Shown: positions 15,850 to 20,000 of the stretch, piece after piece
Layout: each line of letters starts with the position of its first letter
How positions within the stretch are numbered: the first letter of the stretch is position 1
IMG/VR virus record: IMGVR_UViG_2788500588_000003
Source of the DNA: an uncultured virus (IMG/VR IMGVR_UViG_2788500588_000003)
Lineage: Duplodnaviria; Heunggongvirae; Uroviricota; Caudoviricetes
DNA length: 20,000 nucleotides
Reading direction: 5' to 3' (one strand)
Notes under the pieces: model-generated
Database searches by the model: none
What the model was told of the DNA's origin: nothing
Seen by the model: only the letters and a program-made list of their open reading frames with translations
Made by a program: the position numbers and the translations under genes

Positions 15850-16086
15850 CTATCGATTTTCTGAGCGTTTAAGAGCGTCACTAGCTTGTTGTAAAATGAA
15901 GATGACTTCATCTAATTCTTCATAGTTAAGACTTAAAGTAATACCTGTGTTTTCTGTGAATCCATCAGCTTCATTTCCATCTACTGTATTTATGGATACA
16001 ACAGATAAAGCACTATCAATATTTGTATCTGTTTCTATTGCAAATTGATCTGTGAGTAAAATATTTTTTCTGATGAGTTCTAACAC
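15850..16086 (-). CDS. Hypothetical acidic protein
   Basis: TAGTG coupling to the antirepressor gene. Confidence 0.7.
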   Translation of the reverse strand: MLELIRKNILLTDQFAIETDTNIDSALSVVSINTVDGNEADGFTENTGITLSLNYEELDEVIFILQQASDALKRSENR

Positions 16087-16898
16087 TAGGCACCCAACCC
16101 TTCTACCTTAATTTTGTGAGTTATAGCCATCTCTTTCACGATAGCTAAGTAGATTTCAATCAGTTTAGGATCACCAGCAATTACATCAATCTTTTTAAAC
16201 TTTTCAATCTTAGCTTTAGAAATGATTCCGTTTGATAGGGCTTCTTTTTTCCGGTTCTCCAAACGAATATTTAAACGACAATGACCCCGTTTTTCTAACA
16301 ACTCATAGCTTTCGTTTCGTACTAGGCGATATTGTTCACCGCCTCCGCGAGCTAAAGCAATTTTGTTAAGAATGACATTAACCTTGTCCTTCCACTCCGT
16401 TAGATCGAGGGAAACAATTTGAGAAATATTTTCTTGTTCTCGTTCTAGTTGATTTTGCTGATATTCTATTTTTTCAAGCCTTTCATCCTGTTCACGCTGT
16501 TTCAATTCTGTTGAAGCAATTGCCTTGTATAGATGATTAAACATTTGTAGTTCAGGACTTAGCTGAGTAGTATCAATTGAATAACTACCTGTTTTTCGAA
16601 GTGATGGGATAACCTCAATCGCTAACCAATCTTGGAATTTCTCAGCTACGTCATTTGAAGCTTTGAAAGCTAGTTTGTAGACCAATGATTCAGGGATAAA
16701 ATCACCTTTTGCCACATCTGGCAAATAACTTGGAAGGTACTCATTTACACGTCCCCATCTAATGTATTCTTTTCCTTGAACAGTCGTAGTAATTCCAAGA
16801 CACCTTGCTACTTGCTCAACGTTAAATAAAATTGCGTCTCCTTCTGTTTTTGCACCAACTTCGAATAATTCGTTTTTGAAAACTTGTAATTGATTCAT
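16086..16898 (-). CDS. Phage antirepressor (BRO-N-type N-terminus)
   Basis: FIPESLVYKLAFKA..AEKFQDWLAIEVIPSLRKTGSY; C-terminal KIDVI..DPKLIEIYLAIVKEMA; RBS AGGAGG. Confidence 0.88.
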   Translation of the reverse strand: MNQLQVFKNELFEVGAKTEGDAILFNVEQVARCLGITTTVQGKEYIRWGRVNEYLPSYLPDVAKGDFIPESLVYKLAFKASNDVAEKFQDWLAIEVIPSLRKTGSYSIDTTQLSPELQMFNHLYKAIASTELKQREQDERLEKIEYQQNQLEREQENISQIVSLDLTEWKDKVNVILNKIALARGGGEQYRLVRNESYELLEKRGHCRLNIRLENRKKEALSNGIISKAKIEKFKKIDVIAGDPKLIEIYLAIVKEMAITHKIKVEGLGA

Positions 16899-17105
16899 TT
16901 CAATTCCTCCTTTGTTGTAATTACCATTATAAGAATTGATTGATATCCATTTTTGTTATAAAAAGGAAATATAAACTTATATCGATTTAGTTGAGTTTTA
17001 AAATTCATATAAAGTGTTAGAATTTTAAACTCTAATGTTTATAGCTATTTATACTGATTTGTATACAGATTGGAAAAAATCAATAAATATCATGTCAAGT
17101 GTTTT

Positions 17106-17384
17106 TTATAAATCAGGAAACAATTCAAAAAAATGTGTTTCTAAAACTTTTTCCAACTCCATCGAAATATCCAAACTCGGATTTCCACGGCCATTTTCAA
17201 GATGAGCTATCATCGCTGTTGAACATCCAACTAATTTTCCAAGTTGAGCTTGCGTTAACCCTTTAGCTTTTCTCGCAGCAATTAAGCATTCACGTTTAGG
17301 TCCTTTGAGGTTTCTGAATTCCTCAGTTGGATTAATCTTTTTATTACGTTTTTTTCTTTTTGGTTTGGTCATACTCCAACCCAT
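17106..17384 (-). CDS. XRE/Cro-like HTH regulator with basic N-terminal arm
   Basis: LIAARKAKGLTQAQLGKLVGCSTAMIAHLENGRGNPS; RBS GAGGTG. Confidence 0.88.
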   Translation of the reverse strand: MGWSMTKPKRKKRNKKINPTEEFRNLKGPKRECLIAARKAKGLTQAQLGKLVGCSTAMIAHLENGRGNPSLDISMELEKVLETHFFELFPDL

Positions 17385-17436
17385 CTAAACACCTCTTTTC
17401 GAGTTATATAAAAATCAACTGATGATATATAGACAT

Positions 17437-17673
17437 TTAGGCCAGTTTTTTAGTACAAGAATCTTGTACATTATAACCAAATAAAAAGACTACATCTTTT
17501 TCTAAAATTTTTGATACTGCCATTGCCACCTCTAAACGGGGTTTAGAGTAACCTGTTTCCCAATTAGATATAGCTGCTTTGGAAACGCATTTCAATAATT
17601 TGGCTAATTCTGCTTGAGTAAGGTTTTTGTTCTTTCTAGCACTTATCAAGTTCAAGTTTTTCAAACCACTCAC
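17437..17673 (-). CDS. Cro-like XRE repressor
   Basis: LTQAELAK..SKAAISNWETGYSKP; first gene of the lytic operon, divergent from the CI-like gene; RBS AAGGAGGT. Confidence 0.9.
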   Translation of the reverse strand: MSGLKNLNLISARKNKNLTQAELAKLLKCVSKAAISNWETGYSKPRLEVAMAVSKILEKDVVFLFGYNVQDSCTKKLA

Positions 17674-17809
17674 CTCCTTTTGTATGACTAACTTGTACTT
17701 TTATATTAACAACAAGATTTTCATACGTCAACACAAAAGTATGATATTCTTATACTTTTTATTTTCAAGATAGTTATATTCATTATTTGATAGTACAATT
17801 TACTTGTAC
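17453..17809. promoter_or_regulatory. Five 17-bp palindromic operators (consensus ~GTAYRA-N5-YTRTAC)
   Basis: 17453-17469 GTACAAGAATCTTGTAC; 17682-17698 GTATGACTAACTTGTAC; 17710-17726 CAACAAGATTTTCATAC; 17739-17755 GTATGATATTCTTATAC; 17793-17809 GTACAATTTACTTGTAC. Confidence 0.8.
17703..17731 (-). promoter_or_regulatory. Early lytic sigmaA promoter
   Basis: TTGACG, 17 bp, TAATAT; spacer occupied by operator 17710-17726. Confidence 0.8.
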
Positions 17810-17826
17810 ATAGTGAGGTGATTATG

Positions 17827-18228
17827 ATGTTTAACCATAGATTAAAGGCTGCTCGGAAAGCCAAAAAACTTACGCAAGAACAGTTAGCCGGAAAACTTCA
17901 AACAACTAAAGGTACAATTAGTAACTATGAAAATGGACATAGCACGCCTTCGAACGAAATGCTTGTTTTATTATCAAAAATACTCGATGTTACAACTGAC
18001 TATTTACTAGGAGTTACCGATAATCCTAACCCTGTAGATTATAAATTAGCTGGAATCTCAGATGATGACTACAACAATCTAAGCACATACCAAAAAGAAG
18101 TTATTAATTTCTTCTTAACTAGAGAGAATTTGTTTTTTAAAAACCAACCAGAAAATTTACTTGATGCCTTGGAACAATTCGAAGTTTATTACGAGGTATG
18201 GAAAAAGCAACGAGAAAATAAGAAGTGA
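17827..18228 (+). CDS. CI/ImmR-like XRE prophage repressor
   Basis: LTQEQLA..TTKGTISNYENGHSTP...DVTTDYLLG; no S24 autoprotease domain; upstream of ImmA; RBS GAGGTG (start 17824 or 17827). Confidence 0.92.
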   Translation: MFNHRLKAARKAKKLTQEQLAGKLQTTKGTISNYENGHSTPSNEMLVLLSKILDVTTDYLLGVTDNPNPVDYKLAGISDDDYNNLSTYQKEVINFFLTRENLFFKNQPENLLDALEQFEVYYEVWKKQRENKK

Positions 18229-18262
18229 TTTTACATTCTTATGTAGACTTTCCAGACATTTA

Positions 18263-18293
18263 AAAATTCGCCTTTTCAGTGGTGGATTTTTTT
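18263..18293 (+). terminator. Probable intrinsic terminator after the repressor
   Basis: AAAATTCGCC / GGTGGATTTT stem plus T-tract. Confidence 0.6.
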
Positions 18294-18305
18294 GTTAACA
18301 TAAAG

Positions 18306-18319
18306 AGAACATATGTTTG
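18306..18319. promoter_or_regulatory. LexA/DinR (SOS) box
   Basis: AGAACATATGTTTG resembles the Bacillota consensus CGAACRNRYGTTYC; just upstream of the immA-like RBS. Confidence 0.75.
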
Positions 18320-18334
18320 CAAAAGAGGGATGTT

Positions 18335-18823
18335 ATGACGTTTGTTTATACTCATTTAGAAGATTACATTCGCGATTTATACACTAGTATTGGGGTAACT
18401 AAACCTTCCCAATTAAATCCGCGGATAATTGGCTCGAAGCTTGGCTTCACCGTAATTTACTTACCAATAGATTCAGTAAGTTACGACAATATAATAATCA
18501 TAGATTCAAGATTATCTAAGCAAGAACAATGGCAAGAATTTTGTCATGAATTAGGCCATGTAATCTCGCATTCTGGCAATCAAACAAAAACTCACCCTTT
18601 ATTTAGAGAGTATCAGGAATGGAAAGCTAATAATTTTGCGTTACAAGCTTCTGTTCCTACTTTTATGTTAAATAAAATTAGTCTTCCTATAGATGAAGAA
18701 TTGGCGATTATTAAAATTTGTCTACTTTTCAAAGTTGAATATGACTTCGCTGAAAAGAGACTGAATCATTACTTAAACAATCATTTTTTTAACAATTGTA
18801 CTCTAATAGAAAGGAGTTACTAG
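18335..18823 (+). CDS. ImmA/IrrE family metallo-endopeptidase (antirepressor)
   Basis: FCHELGH zinc motif and QEWKANNFA; RBS AGAGGGA before ATG 18335. Confidence 0.92.
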   Translation: MTFVYTHLEDYIRDLYTSIGVTKPSQLNPRIIGSKLGFTVIYLPIDSVSYDNIIIIDSRLSKQEQWQEFCHELGHVISHSGNQTKTHPLFREYQEWKANNFALQASVPTFMLNKISLPIDEELAIIKICLLFKVEYDFAEKRLNHYLNNHFFNNCTLIERSY

Positions 18824-18824
18824 T

Positions 18825-20000
18825 ATGGGGTATGTAAAAAAAATTGGGAAAAACAAATACTCATTATATGCAGACTTAGGCTATAGAGGGAAAAAGCGTG
18901 TTCGTAAATATAAAACCGTTGAAGCGAAAAGCGAAAAGGAAGCAAAACGTTTGCTAATTTTATTTGAAGAAGAGTTACTGCGAAATAAAGAAGTATATTT
19001 TAATAATTTGGACACTATCACTTTAAACGATCTTTATCCTCGCTGGAGAGATGAGTATGCTGAACAACATTATAGTATTAGAGGGTTTAGAGATAATTGT
19101 AATCATCTAGAAAACCGAATACTTCCTATTTTTGGAGATATGAAAGTAAGAGAAATAAAAAAAGTAGATATTATTTTCTTTGTTAATGAACTTCAGAAAA
19201 ATAATAAAAGAAGAGATGGTAATACTGGACCTCTCGCACCATCAACGGTACACAATATATACAAGGCTTTTTCTAGCATAATGTCAGTTGCTTTAGATTG
19301 GGAAATTATCGAAAACAACCCTTGCAAAGACATACCTTTACCTAAACTAAAATACAAAGAAGGAAAAGCATATAGTCAAAATCAAATTTTAATTTTATTT
19401 GATCGCTTAAGAAAGAACGCTTCACCAGAAAGAAGGTTATTAGTTGAATTAGCAATTGTAAGTGCTGCACGACAAGGTGAGATAGTTGCTTTGGAAGAAA
19501 AACACTTGAATCCTGAAAATAATACCCTATTAATAGAACAAGCTCTTGTTAACGTTAAAGGTGATGGTATTGTACTGAAAGAGACAAAGGGAAAAAGAAA
19601 AAGAACGATTTCTATTCCTCCAAACATTATGAGCAATCTTGTTACCCTTGCAGCAGTTAAAAGATATCAACTTGAAGAGGCTGGTGATGAACGAGAATGG
19701 AAAGAACACAATTTCCTTTTCTCTAACGAATTTGGCAAACCATATAGACCTGATTCAATAAGTCAGTGGTGGGAACGTTTCATGAAAAGAAATACTGATT
19801 TGGAGACTATTCGTTTTCACGACCTTCGCCATACTTCGGCTACCCTATTAATTCATGAAGGTGAACACCCGAAAGTTATTCAAGCTCGTTTGGGACATTC
19901 AAGTATTACGACTACAATGAATACTTATGGTCATTTATTAGAAGAAACTGATCAACGAGCTAGTGCTCACTTTGATAAGCTTTTTAATAAAAAGGATTGA
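18825..20000 (+). CDS. int: Tyrosine integrase
   Basis: ARQGEI, ETK, HDLRH, LGH, catalytic Y in MNTYGH; complete, with stop at 19998-20000. Confidence 0.96.
   Translation: MGYVKKIGKNKYSLYADLGYRGKKRVRKYKTVEAKSEKEAKRLLILFEEELLRNKEVYFNNLDTITLNDLYPRWRDEYAEQHYSIRGFRDNCNHLENRILPIFGDMKVREIKKVDIIFFVNELQKNNKRRDGNTGPLAPSTVHNIYKAFSSIMSVALDWEIIENNPCKDIPLPKLKYKEGKAYSQNQILILFDRLRKNASPERRLLVELAIVSAARQGEIVALEEKHLNPENNTLLIEQALVNVKGDGIVLKETKGKRKRTISIPPNIMSNLVTLAAVKRYQLEEAGDEREWKEHNFLFSNEFGKPYRPDSISQWWERFMKRNTDLETIRFHDLRHTSATLLIHEGEHPKVIQARLGHSSITTTMNTYGHLLEETDQRASAHFDKLFNKKD

Larger units (their letters stand above)
1..20000. mobile_element. Temperate phage/prophage: lysogeny, early (recombination/replication) and start of late region
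   Basis: Canonical gene order integrase-ImmA-repressor / cro-antirepressor-recombination-replication-methylases-late activator; no host housekeeping genes; att site not visible (integrase ends at the window edge). Confidence 0.96.

Noticed and set aside
201..19636. Many short opposite-strand or alternate-frame ORFs (e.g. 201..443, 3116..3358, 8322..8693, 9819..10334, 19382..19636)
   Set aside because: Shadows of well-supported genes; no RBS or motifs
17827..20000. Arbitrium (aimR/aimP) or Rap-Phr signalling near the integrase
   Set aside because: No TPR receptor or peptide gene in the window
1..20000. CRISPR array, tRNA, IS element or att site
   Set aside because: No repeat-spacer array, cloverleaf or transposase seen; att would lie beyond base 20000

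Overview
The whole window is the early/middle arm of a temperate (pro)phage of a low-GC Bacillota host; a Bacillaceae/Lysinibacillus-like host is an inference. From right to left it contains: a + strand tyrosine integrase, ImmA/IrrE-type protease (preceded by a LexA/DinR box) and XRE repressor; a switch region with five 17-bp operators; and a long - strand early lytic operon (Cro-like HTHs, BRO-N antirepressor, Xis-like protein, Rad50/SbcC-like ATPase, Bet/RecT, MBL nuclease, replication initiator with internal iterons, DnaC-like loader, YopX, SSB, adenine and cytosine methyltransferases, DUF1064, ArpU/RinA-like late activator). Further left are a self-contained three-gene moron, a probable late promoter, a hairpin-dense non-coding leader and a single-gene moron. 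Three signals stand out. (1) A candidate trans-acting antisense RNA (~15393-15478, +) displays UUUGCCC in two hairpin loops, and the complementary GGGCAAA sits at the ribosome-binding sites of the replication initiator, recombination ATPase and late activator. Three other tiny antisense promoter-terminator units lie in the same operon. (2) The three-gene moron looks like an uncharacterised chaperone/antitoxin/toxin defence system. (3) A structure-conserved 'UUCG terminator + 15-bp hairpin' unit is repeated in the late leader. All family assignments come from motif recognition, not database searches.
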